Shown: positions 1-8,312 of the stretch, piece after piece
How the letters are laid out: the number at the start of each line of letters is the position of its first letter
Position numbering within the stretch: the first letter of the stretch is position 1
Source of the DNA: Deltaproteobacteria bacterium
Lineage (GTDB): Bacteria; JAGRBM01; JAHCIT01
Assembly: GCA_026129095.1 (NCBI GenBank)
Contig: JAHCIT010000004.1
Span: 124,001 to 188,000 of the forward strand
Length of the DNA: 64,000 nt
Direction: 5' to 3'
Notes under the pieces: model-generated
Seen by the model: only the letters and a program-made list of their open reading frames with translations
The model's database searches: none
Told to the model about the DNA's origin: nothing
Position numbers and translations under genes: made by a program

Positions 1-1982
1 TCGCGGATCCGGCGGCCGTCCTCGGTCCGGGCGGGGATGTTCTGGAGGTTCGGTTCCGACGACGAGAGGCGGCCCGTTTCGGCCACTGCCTGGTTGAACG
101 AGGTGTGAATCCGGCCGGTCTTTGCGTTCACCATCCTCGGCAGGGCGTCGATGTAGGTGCCTTTCAGCTTGGAGAGGCCCCGGTAGTCGATCAGCAGCCG
201 GGGCAGTTCGTGCTCCTCGGCCAGCTTTTCCAGCACCTCCTGGTCGGTGGAGTAGCCGGTCTTGGTCTTGCGGGCCGTCGGCAGCTTCAGCCGCTCGAAC
301 AGGACCGTCTGGAGCTGCTTGGGCGAGTCCACGTTGAACTCGCCGCCAGCCATCCCGTAAATCCGGCCCAGAAGTTCCTGCATCCGGCGGCCGAACTCCT
401 GCGACATCTCCGCGAGCTTGCCGGTATCGACAAGAACGCCCCGCTCCTCCATGTCGATCAGCACGTCCACCAGCGGCATCTCCACCTGGCTGAACAGGTC
501 CAGCACCCCCTCGGACTTCAGGCGCGGGTCCAGAATCCCGTAAAGGCGCATGACCGCGTCGGCGTCCTCGGCGGCGTATTCGGTGGCGCGGGGTATCTCC
601 ACCTGGTCGAACGTCACCTGGTGCTTTCCGGTTCCGGTCACCTCCTGGTAGGAGAGCATCTTGTGCTTGAGAAAATCGAAGGCGAGCTGGTCGAGGCCGT
701 GGGACCGGCGGCCGGGGTCGAGCACGTAGCTGGCCAGCATCGAATCCCAGTCGAAACCCCGGCAGTGGATTCCGTACCGGAGCAGCACGCGCCGGTCATA
801 TTTAACGTTCTGGCCGAGCTTGAGGATTTCCGGGTCTTCCAGCACGGGCCTGAGCAGCGCGAGGGCCCGGTCCCTCGGTATCTGGGCCGGGACGCCCAGA
901 TAGCGGTGCGCCACCGGCACGTACCAGGCCTTGCCCGGTTTTGTGGAGAGCGAGAACCCGACCAGTTCGGCCTGCAGTTCGTCCAGCGAGGTCGTCTCCG
1001 TATCGAACGCCGCCACCTTCGCCTTGCGGACCTCGTCCAGCACGGCCTTCAGCGCCTTTTCGTCCAGCACGGTTTCGTACCGGTCCCGGCGGAACCCCTT
1101 GTAATCATCCTCGGAGGACATCTCCCGGATGAGCGCCGTGAAGTCCATCTCCCGGAAGAAGGCGACCATCCGGGCCGGGTCGGGCTCCCTGGCGGCGAGT
1201 TCATCCAGTTCCGCCTTCAGGGGAACATCGTCCCGGCAGGTGGCGAGCTTCTTCGAGAGCACGGCCATCTCGCGGCCCGCCTCCAGCTTCTCCCTCAGGC
1301 CCTTCTTCTCGATCCTGCCGGTGTTTTCGAGGAGTTTTTCGAGCGAGCCGTACTCCTGGATCAGTCCCGGCGCGGTCTTTTCCCCGACACCCTTCACGCC
1401 GGGGATGTTGTCCGTGCTGTCGCCGATGATCGCCTGCACGTCCACCACCAGTTCCGGCGGAACGCCGAACTTCTCGATCACCTGCTCGCGGCCGATGGCG
1501 CGGTCCTTCATTGGATCCCACATGGAGACGTGATCGTCCACGAGCTGCATCAGGTCCTTGTCGGACGAGACGATGACCGTGTCGATTCCCATTCTGGCGA
1601 ACCGCCGCGCCAGCGTGGCGATGATGTCATCCGCCTCGAAACCCTTGAGTTCCAGCACCGGGAGGTTGAACGCATCGGTGGCCGCCCGGCGGCAGAGGTC
1701 GAACTGGGGAACGAGCTCCGGGTCCGGCTCCTTCCGGTTCGCCTTGTATTCGGGATAAATCTCCTCGCGGAACGTGGGCCCGCTCGCGTCGTTCACGCAG
1801 GCGATGTAACGGGGGTGAAAGGACTTCTTCAGCTTCAGGATCATCCGGCAGAAGCCCAGCACGGCGTTCGTGGGCATTCCCCTGGCATTCGACATGGGCG
1901 GCAGCGCGTGGAATGCCCGGAACACGTAGGCCATCGTGTCGATGAGATAGACCTTGGGCTTGTCGTCCGGTGACGGTTCCAG
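1..1982 (-). CDS. polA: DNA polymerase I (runs off the window start; probable CTG start)
   Basis: Minus-strand frame, not in the ORF track, reads KVYLIDTMAYVFRAFHALPPM (5'-3' exonuclease N-terminus), AFDTETTSLD (3'-5' exonuclease) and TGRLSSSEPNLQNIP (polymerase domain). Confidence 0.97.
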   Translation of the reverse strand, partial: MEPSPDDKPKVYLIDTMAYVFRAFHALPPMSNARGMPTNAVLGFCRMILKLKKSFHPRYIACVNDASGPTFREEIYPEYKANRKEPDPELVPQFDLCRRAATDAFNLPVLELKGFEADDIIATLARRFARMGIDTVIVSSDKDLMQLVDDHVSMWDPMKDRAIGREQVIEKFGVPPELVVDVQAIIGDSTDNIPGVKGVGEKTAPGLIQEYGSLEKLLENTGRIEKKGLREKLEAGREMAVLSKKLATCRDDVPLKAELDELAAREPDPARMVAFFREMDFTALIREMSSEDDYKGFRRDRYETVLDEKALKAVLDEVRKAKVAAFDTETTSLDELQAELVGFSLSTKPGKAWYVPVAHRYLGVPAQIPRDRALALLRPVLEDPEILKLGQNVKYDRRVLLRYGIHCRGFDWDSMLASYVLDPGRRSHGLDQLAFDFLKHKMLSYQEVTGTGKHQVTFDQVEIPRATEYAAEDADAVMRLYGILDPRLKSEGVLDLFSQVEMPLVDVLIDMEERGVLVDTGKLAEMSQEFGRRMQELLGRIYGMAGGEFNVDSPKQLQTVLFERLKLPTARKTKTGYSTDQEVLEKLAEEHELPRLLIDYRGLSKLKGTYIDALPRMVNAKTGRIHTSFNQAVAETGRLSSSEPNLQNIPARTEDGRRIR

Positions 1983-2012
1983 GATGGCATTACCTCTGGG
2001 GCGCGGGGATTT

Positions 2013-2735
2013 TCAGTTCTTGGGAATTGCCTTGAGCTTGGTCTTGCCGTTCTCGACGACCACCTTGAACTCGACGGTGCGGCAGTTGAACTTTTCCTTG
2101 ATCGCCGGGATCTGTTTCTGGATCATCGCCTGGAAGGCGGCGCGGTCCACGGCCCCCTCGCCCGTCTTCTGCCGGGCGGACATGTAGACCTCATGCAGGT
2201 GGTCAATCGGTGCCGCGGCGGGCCGGGCCGCCGCCGGCCGCTGCGCCGGCGCGCCCGTTTTCGCCCCCGCCGGTGCGGCCCCGCCGGGCGGCGGCCCCAT
2301 CCCCCGGCCCGCCTCGAACTCCTTCAAGGCCTCGGAGACGGGTTTGCCCGCCTTGACCGCCTCGTTGATGACGCGCCTGCGGGCCATCTCCTCGGCGGCG
2401 GCGGCCTTTTGCCGGTCATGCAGCTCGGCACGCTTCCGCACCCGGACGTAGGTGCCTTCCTCGATCTCCTTCAGCACCCGGTCCCAGTAGTTCTTCAGCG
2501 TGACGAACTTCTGCTCGACCGTCTGCCGCTTGAACTTGTAGGCGGTGTTGGTGGACCGGACGCCGAGGATCTTCTGGCGGAGCTCCTTCTGGAGCGCCTC
2601 CATCCGGTCGGTGGGGGGCTTTTTCTCCACCCCGACGAAATACTGCTCGAAGACGACCTTGAGCTTGTCCACTTCGTTGTCGAAGCGGTTCAGGTCGATC
2701 ATCTCGGGCGACATGGCGGACTCTCTGATAGCCAT
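2013..2735 (-). CDS. MXAN_5187 C-terminal domain-like protein
   Basis: LKVVFEQYFVGVEKKPP N-terminus, Ala/Pro linker and C-terminal KCRTVEFKVVVENGKTKLKA-type motif resemble this deltaproteobacterial family. Confidence 0.7.
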   Translation of the reverse strand: MAIRESAMSPEMIDLNRFDNEVDKLKVVFEQYFVGVEKKPPTDRMEALQKELRQKILGVRSTNTAYKFKRQTVEQKFVTLKNYWDRVLKEIEEGTYVRVRKRAELHDRQKAAAAEEMARRRVINEAVKAGKPVSEALKEFEAGRGMGPPPGGAAPAGAKTGAPAQRPAAARPAAAPIDHLHEVYMSARQKTGEGAVDRAAFQAMIQKQIPAIKEKFNCRTVEFKVVVENGKTKLKAIPKN

Positions 2736-2781
2736 CGGCTCCGCCTATGTAGCACGGCCCCGGAGAGGGCCACAAACTTCC

Positions 2782-3369
2782 TTATTCGCACCCGCAGTCG
2801 AGGCAGCCGTGCTCGGCGCAGGTGCCGCAGGACCGCTCAAGGCTCGTCTTGAGCGCCTGCCGTGCCCGGTGCAGGCGGACGCCGAGGTTCCCCGCCGTGA
2901 TCCCCAGCGACGTGGCCACCGCGCCCTGCGCCTCGCCGCCGAGGTCAACCCGCTTCAGGAGTTCGGCGTATTCCGGCTTCAGCGTGCCGAGAAGCCCCCA
3001 CAGGCAGCCGCAGGCACTGTCCTCGCCGCTTTCGGGATGCACGCGATCGGCCTCATGGGCCAGCATCTCCTCCAGAAGGCCGGCATGCTTCCGCTCGTCA
3101 GCGCTCCGGCTCCGGTAGTGGTCGGCCACCGCGTTCCGCAGGATCCGGTAGAACCAGGCGACGATGCTCTCGCCGCTTCGGAGCTGGCCGCCCCTCTGGG
3201 ACGCCTTCACGAGACAGTCCTGGAGGATGTCCTCGGCCGCCGCCTCGTCACCGAGGCGGCTCGTGAGGAACCGGCGGAACTCAAGGTGCTGCTCAAGCAG
3301 GGCCGCCGCGATCTCCGGGTCCATCGGCTTCAGCGGTCCGGCGGTCTGTGGGGCTTCGGCCGTTTCCAT
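2782..3369 (-). CDS. ECF sigma factor, CorE-like (C-terminal cysteine-rich domain)
   Basis: Sigma2 (AAAEDILQD, WFYRILRNAVADHYR), a CGC motif in the linker, sigma4 (VRLHRARQALK) and C-terminal CGTCAEHGCLDCGC. The start is either 3369 or 3324. Confidence 0.9.
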   Translation of the reverse strand: METAEAPQTAGPLKPMDPEIAAALLEQHLEFRRFLTSRLGDEAAAEDILQDCLVKASQRGGQLRSGESIVAWFYRILRNAVADHYRSRSADERKHAGLLEEMLAHEADRVHPESGEDSACGCLWGLLGTLKPEYAELLKRVDLGGEAQGAVATSLGITAGNLGVRLHRARQALKTSLERSCGTCAEHGCLDCGCE

Positions 3370-3415
3370 ACCGGTGATCCTGCCCTCCGTTCTGACGTCC
3401 ATCCTGTCTTGGAAG

Positions 3416-3443
3416 GCGGAGGGGCACAACCGTGCCCCTCCGC
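3416..3443 (-). terminator. 12-bp perfect GC-rich hairpin between the Cys-rich small ORF and the ECF gene (stabiliser or partial terminator)
   Basis: gcggaggggcac-aacc-gtgcccctccgc, about 10 nt after the small ORF stop, with no clear U-tract. Confidence 0.5.
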
Positions 3444-3452
3444 TCCCGTCCC

Positions 3453-3620
3453 TTACCGGGGCTTGCACTGGCCATCCTTGCAGTCGCAGTTCTTGCAGCC
3501 GCAGTCCGTTCCGCACTGGCAGCCGCTTCCGCAGTCGCAGTTGCAACAGCCTCCATTCGAATCGGAGTTCGCACCGGCAATCGCCGCCTCGGTACCCGAC
3601 TTCAGGGTCTGGTTCTTCAT
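3453..3620 (-). CDS. Metallothionein-like small Cys-rich protein (55 aa)
   Basis: Manual translation: MKNQTLKSGTEAAIAGANSDSNGGCCNCDCGSGCQCGTDCGCKNCDCKDGQCKPR*. It has 11 Cys, mostly as CxC, and the SD AAAGGAGGT lies 8 nt before the ATG. Confidence 0.85.
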   Translation of the reverse strand: MKNQTLKSGTEAAIAGANSDSNGGCCNCDCGSGCQCGTDCGCKNCDCKDGQCKPR

Positions 3621-3647
3621 GGTTTCAGACCTCCTTTCTATATGGGC

Positions 3648-3674
3648 AGACGGGGGCCGGGGGCGGACCTTACA
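3648..3674 (-). promoter_or_regulatory. Putative ECF-type promoter TGTAAG-N16-CGTCT
   Basis: Minus strand tgtaag-gtccgcccccggcccc-cgtct lies just upstream of the small-ORF RBS. A CGT-containing -10 element is typical of ECF promoters. Confidence 0.6.
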
Positions 3675-3764
3675 GATTAAAATAATTTAACTATCAGCGG
3701 CGGCGCGATTGCCGTAAAGACAGGTTTGTCCTTCTGCGTCAACCCTCCGTATACTTGGGGGACC

Positions 3765-5024
3765 ATGAGCGAACCAGCCGCCGATTCCGTCGTCTCCCGC
3801 ATCGTCAACGAGTCGAATCTCCATCAGCCGCCGCTGATGCCGTCCGGGCCCTGGTGGAAATACCTGGAGATCAACTTCAGCGAGCGGGAGGAAGGGTTCG
3901 AACTGGGCTTCCGCGACGCGCTCCGGGTGAAGTCCACGGCCGCGATGGATGTGCTCTCCCGGACGGTTGCGTCGTCGCTGGTCGGCATCACCTGTTTTCC
4001 GCCGGGCTTCAATCCCGTGACGCTGAAAAAGGCGCTCGAAGACCGGCCGATCTATGAGGAACTGGCCGACTCCGGCGACCCCGGACGGTTCTTCCGGACA
4101 CCGCCGCCGGATATCCGGGTCACGTCGAAACGGGCCGCCTGGCACCGGTTCAGGCCGGACGACGGGCAGGTGCTGGACCTCTCCTTCGAGAGCCCCTACG
4201 AGCCGCTGAACCCGCGCATCCGCAAGGACTACCTCTCCCACCGGAACAACCGGACCGTCACCGCCCGCTGCTGGCGCCACCGGGGCTCCTCGCCCCGGCC
4301 GACAATCATTGCCGTTCACGGCTTTGCGGCCGACGCCATGTGGGTCAACGAGTGGTTCTTCGCGCTCCCCTGGTTCTACCGGCTGGGCTGCGACGTAGCC
4401 CTCCTGACGCTGCCGTTCCACGGCTCGCGGCAGGCGAACTTCTCGCTCTACCCCGGTCACGGGTTCTTCGCCGGCGGCCTTTCGTGGATGAACGAGGCGT
4501 TCGGCCAGGCGATCATGGATCTCCGGGTCTTTGTCAGCCACCTGACGGAGATCGGCGTCGAGCAGATCGGCCAGACGGGCGTGAGCCTCGGCGGCTACAC
4601 GACGGCGCTCATGGCGGCGGTCGAGCCCCGGCTCAGGTTCGCCATCCCCAACGTCCCGGTCGTCAGCATCGCCGACCTCGTTCTCGAATGGTTCCCGACC
4701 GGCACGGCGGCGCGGGCGGCCATGTTCGCCACCCGCACGTCGCTGAAGGAACTCCGGCACGCGCTCGCCGTCCACACGCCGCTCACCTACAAGCCGGTCC
4801 TGCCGAAGGAGCGGCTCATGATCGTGGGCGGCGTCGGCGACCGGCTCGCCCCGCCCAAGCACTCGCGGCTCCTGTGGGACCACTGGGGCCGGCCGAGGAT
4901 ACACTGGTTCCCCGGCAACCACGTCGTGCATCTCGACAAGGGCCAGTACCTCAAGCAGCAGGCGATCTTCCTCACCGGCATCGGCTTCCTGCCCCAGGGA
5001 GAGGCGAAGCGAAAGGCGGGGTGA
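3765..5024 (+). CDS. Alpha/beta hydrolase (ABHD18-like)
   Basis: GVSLGG nucleophile elbow, LPFHGSR, GDRLAPP acid residue and FPGNH His. Confidence 0.85.
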   Translation: MSEPAADSVVSRIVNESNLHQPPLMPSGPWWKYLEINFSEREEGFELGFRDALRVKSTAAMDVLSRTVASSLVGITCFPPGFNPVTLKKALEDRPIYEELADSGDPGRFFRTPPPDIRVTSKRAAWHRFRPDDGQVLDLSFESPYEPLNPRIRKDYLSHRNNRTVTARCWRHRGSSPRPTIIAVHGFAADAMWVNEWFFALPWFYRLGCDVALLTLPFHGSRQANFSLYPGHGFFAGGLSWMNEAFGQAIMDLRVFVSHLTEIGVEQIGQTGVSLGGYTTALMAAVEPRLRFAIPNVPVVSIADLVLEWFPTGTAARAAMFATRTSLKELRHALAVHTPLTYKPVLPKERLMIVGGVGDRLAPPKHSRLLWDHWGRPRIHWFPGNHVVHLDKGQYLKQQAIFLTGIGFLPQGEAKRKAG

Positions 5025-5103
5025 GAGGCCGTTCTTTCTTCCGGCCTTACCCCCGGCGCTTCGCGCCAGTTTCGTCACCCTTCTTCTCTGCGCGGTTGCG
5101 GAA

Positions 5104-5238
5104 GCGGCCTCACCCCCTGCCCCCTCTCCGGGAACCGGAGAGGGGAAAACCACACCCCCTTAATCCCCCTCTCCGCAGTCGCGGAGAGGGGGATTAAGGG
5201 GGTGTGGTTGGAGCCCGTTGAGGCGCGGGGTGAGGCCG
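5104..5238. repeat. Composite palindromic REP/MITE-like element, copy 1
   Basis: Outer cctcacccc...ggggtgagg inverted ends enclose two ccctctcc-N-ggagaggg hairpins, one of which is a perfect 29-bp inverted repeat (5148-5209). Confidence 0.85.
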
Positions 5239-5284
5239 GAGGGCGGGGGAGCTGGGAAAACAGAAGGCGGGCGTGTGAGGTTTC

Positions 5285-5686
5285 CTAACCCGGCTCGGTG
5301 AGGTAGCCGGGGTTTGTCACCTTCAGCTTGTCCACGACCACCTTCCGGGCGTGGGTGTATGCGGCGGCGCGGGCCTCGCCCGTGTCGAAGGCGCCGGTGC
5401 GGGCTCTCTCGCGGAACGTCCGGTACAGCTCCAGAAGGGATTTTTCCAGATCGGCGACGGCGGCGGGTTCCGCACCAGAAGCGCCGAGGAGCTTTTGCAG
5501 GCTCCGCCACTCCTCGCGGGTGGCTGTTTCGCCGAGCTCCAGTTCGCGCTTCAGGATTTCGAGCACGTTGTGGGCGATGAGCCCCTGGAACCTCGTGCGC
5601 GGGTCGGTAAGGAGCGGCGCGACGCTGGACTGGAAGAAATACTGCACCGCTTCGATCAGCTCCCTCATGGTGGGACGGTCCTGCAT
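5285..5686 (-). CDS. DUF6285/LvaB-like small partner of the phosphotransferase
   Basis: MQDRPT..ELIEAV N-terminus and DKLKVTNPGY C-terminus, directly downstream of an APH-family kinase. Confidence 0.75.
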   Translation of the reverse strand: MQDRPTMRELIEAVQYFFQSSVAPLLTDPRTRFQGLIAHNVLEILKRELELGETATREEWRSLQKLLGASGAEPAAVADLEKSLLELYRTFRERARTGAFDTGEARAAAYTHARKVVVDKLKVTNPGYLTEPG

Positions 5687-5725
5687 GATGTCCGGCTCCT
5701 TCGTGAATCCCCCTGAACGTCAGGG

Positions 5726-6763
5726 TCAGTATCTGGGGCCCTTCTCGATCAGGTCGAGCATTTCCAGCTCCATCTCCGGCACCCGGCGGCCGATGGAAGC
5801 CAGTTCAAGGCTTTTCTGCGGGCCGGTGAGGTGGCGGTTGGCCTGCTGTCTCGCGCCGATGGCCCACTTGGCGTTGCCCATCACCTCCCAGTAGTGGACG
5901 CGCCGGGTGTCAACGGCACGGCCCGTGGCCTGCTCGTAGGCGTCGAACATCTGCCTGGGGTCGGCGAAGCCGCCGAGCCGCTTCAGATTGTTGCCGAACC
6001 GCCAGAACCGCACGATAGGCCAGGCGAAATCCTCGTAGCGATCGCCCACGTGGGTAAGTTCCCAGTCGAGCACGGCGACAAGCCCCTCCGGCCCCACCAT
6101 CAGGTTTCCGATACGGAAATCCCCGTGGACGAGCGAAAGCTCCCCGGCGGGCGGGGAGTTCTCCCGGAGCCAGCGGAGCCCCAGCTCCAGCGCCGGGTGC
6201 GGCTCCTCGCCGAACAGGTCCAGAAGGCGCGTCAGGTGCTCGGCCGTGCGTTCGCCCACCGGCACGGCGGGGTCCACGGGCGGCAGGAACGAGAGGTCGG
6301 TATTTTCCGGCGTCACCGAATGGATCCTGGCGAGTTCCTCACCCATTCCGGCGGCGAGCACCGTGCGGGCCTTCGCAAGGCTTTCGTCGCGGACGATCTT
6401 CCGGCCGATCGTTTCGCCCTTCACCCGTTCGGTGATGTAGAAGCTCCGCCCGATGAGACCGGTGTCCTCGCACAGCCAGTACGGCCGGGGGACCTTTACC
6501 CCCGCCCTGCTCGCAATCTGGAGCAGGCGGAACTCGTCACCACGGGTGAGCGCGTTCAGGAGCGATCCGCCCATGTCGGCCCGGAGCACCAGTTCGAGCG
6601 GCGCGCCGGAGCCTTCCAGGTCGAGGTCGAGGCTCCATATTTCCTGCGACGCCCCGCCCGCCATCGGCCTGAGATTCCGGATGGTGGCTTTCGCGCCAGC
6701 CTGCGCGGCGATCCACTGCTCGATCGCTTCCTGCCTCGTGCCGATGTCGGGGTGTGACGCCAT
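5726..6763 (-). CDS. APH-family phosphotransferase (LvaA/ACAD10-kinase-like)
   Basis: GGASQEIW, HGDFRIGN and LDWE motifs. Confidence 0.88.
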   Translation of the reverse strand: MASHPDIGTRQEAIEQWIAAQAGAKATIRNLRPMAGGASQEIWSLDLDLEGSGAPLELVLRADMGGSLLNALTRGDEFRLLQIASRAGVKVPRPYWLCEDTGLIGRSFYITERVKGETIGRKIVRDESLAKARTVLAAGMGEELARIHSVTPENTDLSFLPPVDPAVPVGERTAEHLTRLLDLFGEEPHPALELGLRWLRENSPPAGELSLVHGDFRIGNLMVGPEGLVAVLDWELTHVGDRYEDFAWPIVRFWRFGNNLKRLGGFADPRQMFDAYEQATGRAVDTRRVHYWEVMGNAKWAIGARQQANRHLTGPQKSLELASIGRRVPEMELEMLDLIEKGPRY

Positions 6764-6860
6764 CTGGATATTTTCCGGGCCTTCCCTTTGAGATAACCGG
6801 AAAGGGGGCCTATTTTACCGGTAACGGCGGCCGGGTAAAGGCCGCCAGAGGGCAGGATTT

Positions 6861-8282
6861 CTGGAACTCACAGCCGACTACTGCGTGATCGGATCGGGTG
6901 CGGGCGGCGCGCCCATCGCCACCGAGCTGGCACTGGCCGGCGCGTCGGTGGTGGTGCTGGAGGCGGGCGGCCCGGCGCCGCTCGCCCCGCTCGGCGAGCG
7001 GATCGAGCGTTCGTTCTGGCGGGTCGTGAGCCGCCGGAACGCGGCCCTGTCGGTGGCCCGCGGGCTTCCGGTCTTTCCGGTCATCCACGGCGTCTGCGAG
7101 GGAGGCTCCACCGCGCTCAACGCCGGGAGCGCGTTCCGGCTGCCGGAGTTCCTGCACCGGGAGTGGATGGAGCGGGGCGCGCCGGACCTCACCGACGCCT
7201 TCAACCGCGTGGACAGCTTCATCAAGGTATCGGAAACCGCCGACGAACTGCTGGGCCGGAACGGCGAACTGATGCTGAAAGGGCTCAAGGCGACGGGCTG
7301 GCGCGGCGGACGCACCCCACGGAACGCCCCCGGCTGCACGGGTCGCGCGGTCTGCGTTCTCGGATGCCCGGAAAAGGCGAAGCAGGCGACCCACCTTTCC
7401 TACCTTCCGGTGGCCCGCTCCAGGGGGGCACGGGTGCTGCTGAACACGGTGGCGAGGAAGATCACCCTGAACGGCCGCCGCGCCACCGGAGTCGAGGCCC
7501 GTGGTCCCGGCGGGGAGAGTGTCACCATCCGTGCCGGCACGACGATCGCCGCCGGCGGCGCGGTCTTCACCCCTTCCCTGCTCGCCCGGAGCGGTATCGA
7601 GGCTCCCCAGCTCGGCGAAAACTTCCTGCTCCATCCGGGCTCGGTGCTGGCCGTCCACTTCGACGAGCCGGTCGAGATGGGACAACCCGCCGTTCCCCAG
7701 AGCACCTACTCCGACCAGTTCCTGGAGTCCGAGGGGCACATGATCCTGCTCGGCTCGGTGCCGCCGCACCTCACCATTCCGGCGCTGGCCGTGACCGGCT
7801 CTCCGGCGGCGATCATGGACCATTCGCGCACCGGCTTCTGGGGCGCGCTGATCCGTGACGAGGGCGGACGCGGCGCGGTCAGGACCGGCCGCGACGGACG
7901 GCGGCGGATTTCCTACAAAATCGGCGGCACGGAACTGGCGCGCCTGAGGCAGTCGCTGGTGCGGCTCGCGGAGATGGCCTTCGCGGCCGGGGCGCAGGCG
8001 GTGACGCCGCTCTATTTCGGCTCCGGCCGCCGGTACCGTTCCCTCAAGGCGTTCAACGCGGGACTGCCCGATCCGCTGCCGCTTCGGCGGCTCGCCGGCG
8101 GCAGCGTTCACCCGATGGGAACCTGCGGCATCGGCCGGACCTGCGAGGGTGACGGGCGGGTGCGGGGATATGAGAACCTGCACGTCTCGGACGCGAGCCT
8201 CTTTCCCACATCCATCGGCGTCAATCCCCAGTTCACGATCATGGCGCTCTCGACGGCCATCGCCGCCGAACTGCTGTCGTAG
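6861..8282 (+). CDS. GMC family oxidoreductase (probable CTG start at 6861)
   Basis: ADYCVIGSGAGG FAD-binding motif, GGSTALN, HPMGTC and DASLFPTSIGVNPQFTIMAL. Confidence 0.9.
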   Translation: MELTADYCVIGSGAGGAPIATELALAGASVVVLEAGGPAPLAPLGERIERSFWRVVSRRNAALSVARGLPVFPVIHGVCEGGSTALNAGSAFRLPEFLHREWMERGAPDLTDAFNRVDSFIKVSETADELLGRNGELMLKGLKATGWRGGRTPRNAPGCTGRAVCVLGCPEKAKQATHLSYLPVARSRGARVLLNTVARKITLNGRRATGVEARGPGGESVTIRAGTTIAAGGAVFTPSLLARSGIEAPQLGENFLLHPGSVLAVHFDEPVEMGQPAVPQSTYSDQFLESEGHMILLGSVPPHLTIPALAVTGSPAAIMDHSRTGFWGALIRDEGGRGAVRTGRDGRRRISYKIGGTELARLRQSLVRLAEMAFAAGAQAVTPLYFGSGRRYRSLKAFNAGLPDPLPLRRLAGGSVHPMGTCGIGRTCEGDGRVRGYENLHVSDASLFPTSIGVNPQFTIMALSTAIAAELLS

Positions 8283-8312
8283 GCCGGTTTTCGTGTTATA
8301 CAGCCCGCCCTC

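Noticed and set aside
105-1973. 622-aa plus-strand ORF, and similar long ORFs at 3687-5153, 6810-8801, 18201-19727, 23546-24904, 53664-55022 and 56455-58908
   Set aside because: These are antisense shadows of well-supported genes, expected from high-GC codon bias, and show no recognisable motifs.
2010-2015. Selenocysteine recoding of the in-frame TGA upstream of polA
   Set aside because: No SECIS-like hairpin is evident, and the TGA sits at the natural end of the upstream domain.
3453-3620. RiPP/bacteriocin precursor reading of the Cys-rich sORF (GG precedes the Cys core)
   Set aside because: No radical SAM, lanthipeptide enzyme or C39 peptidase-transporter is nearby. The CxC pattern and CorE-like neighbour favour a metal-binding role, although this reading is not fully excluded.
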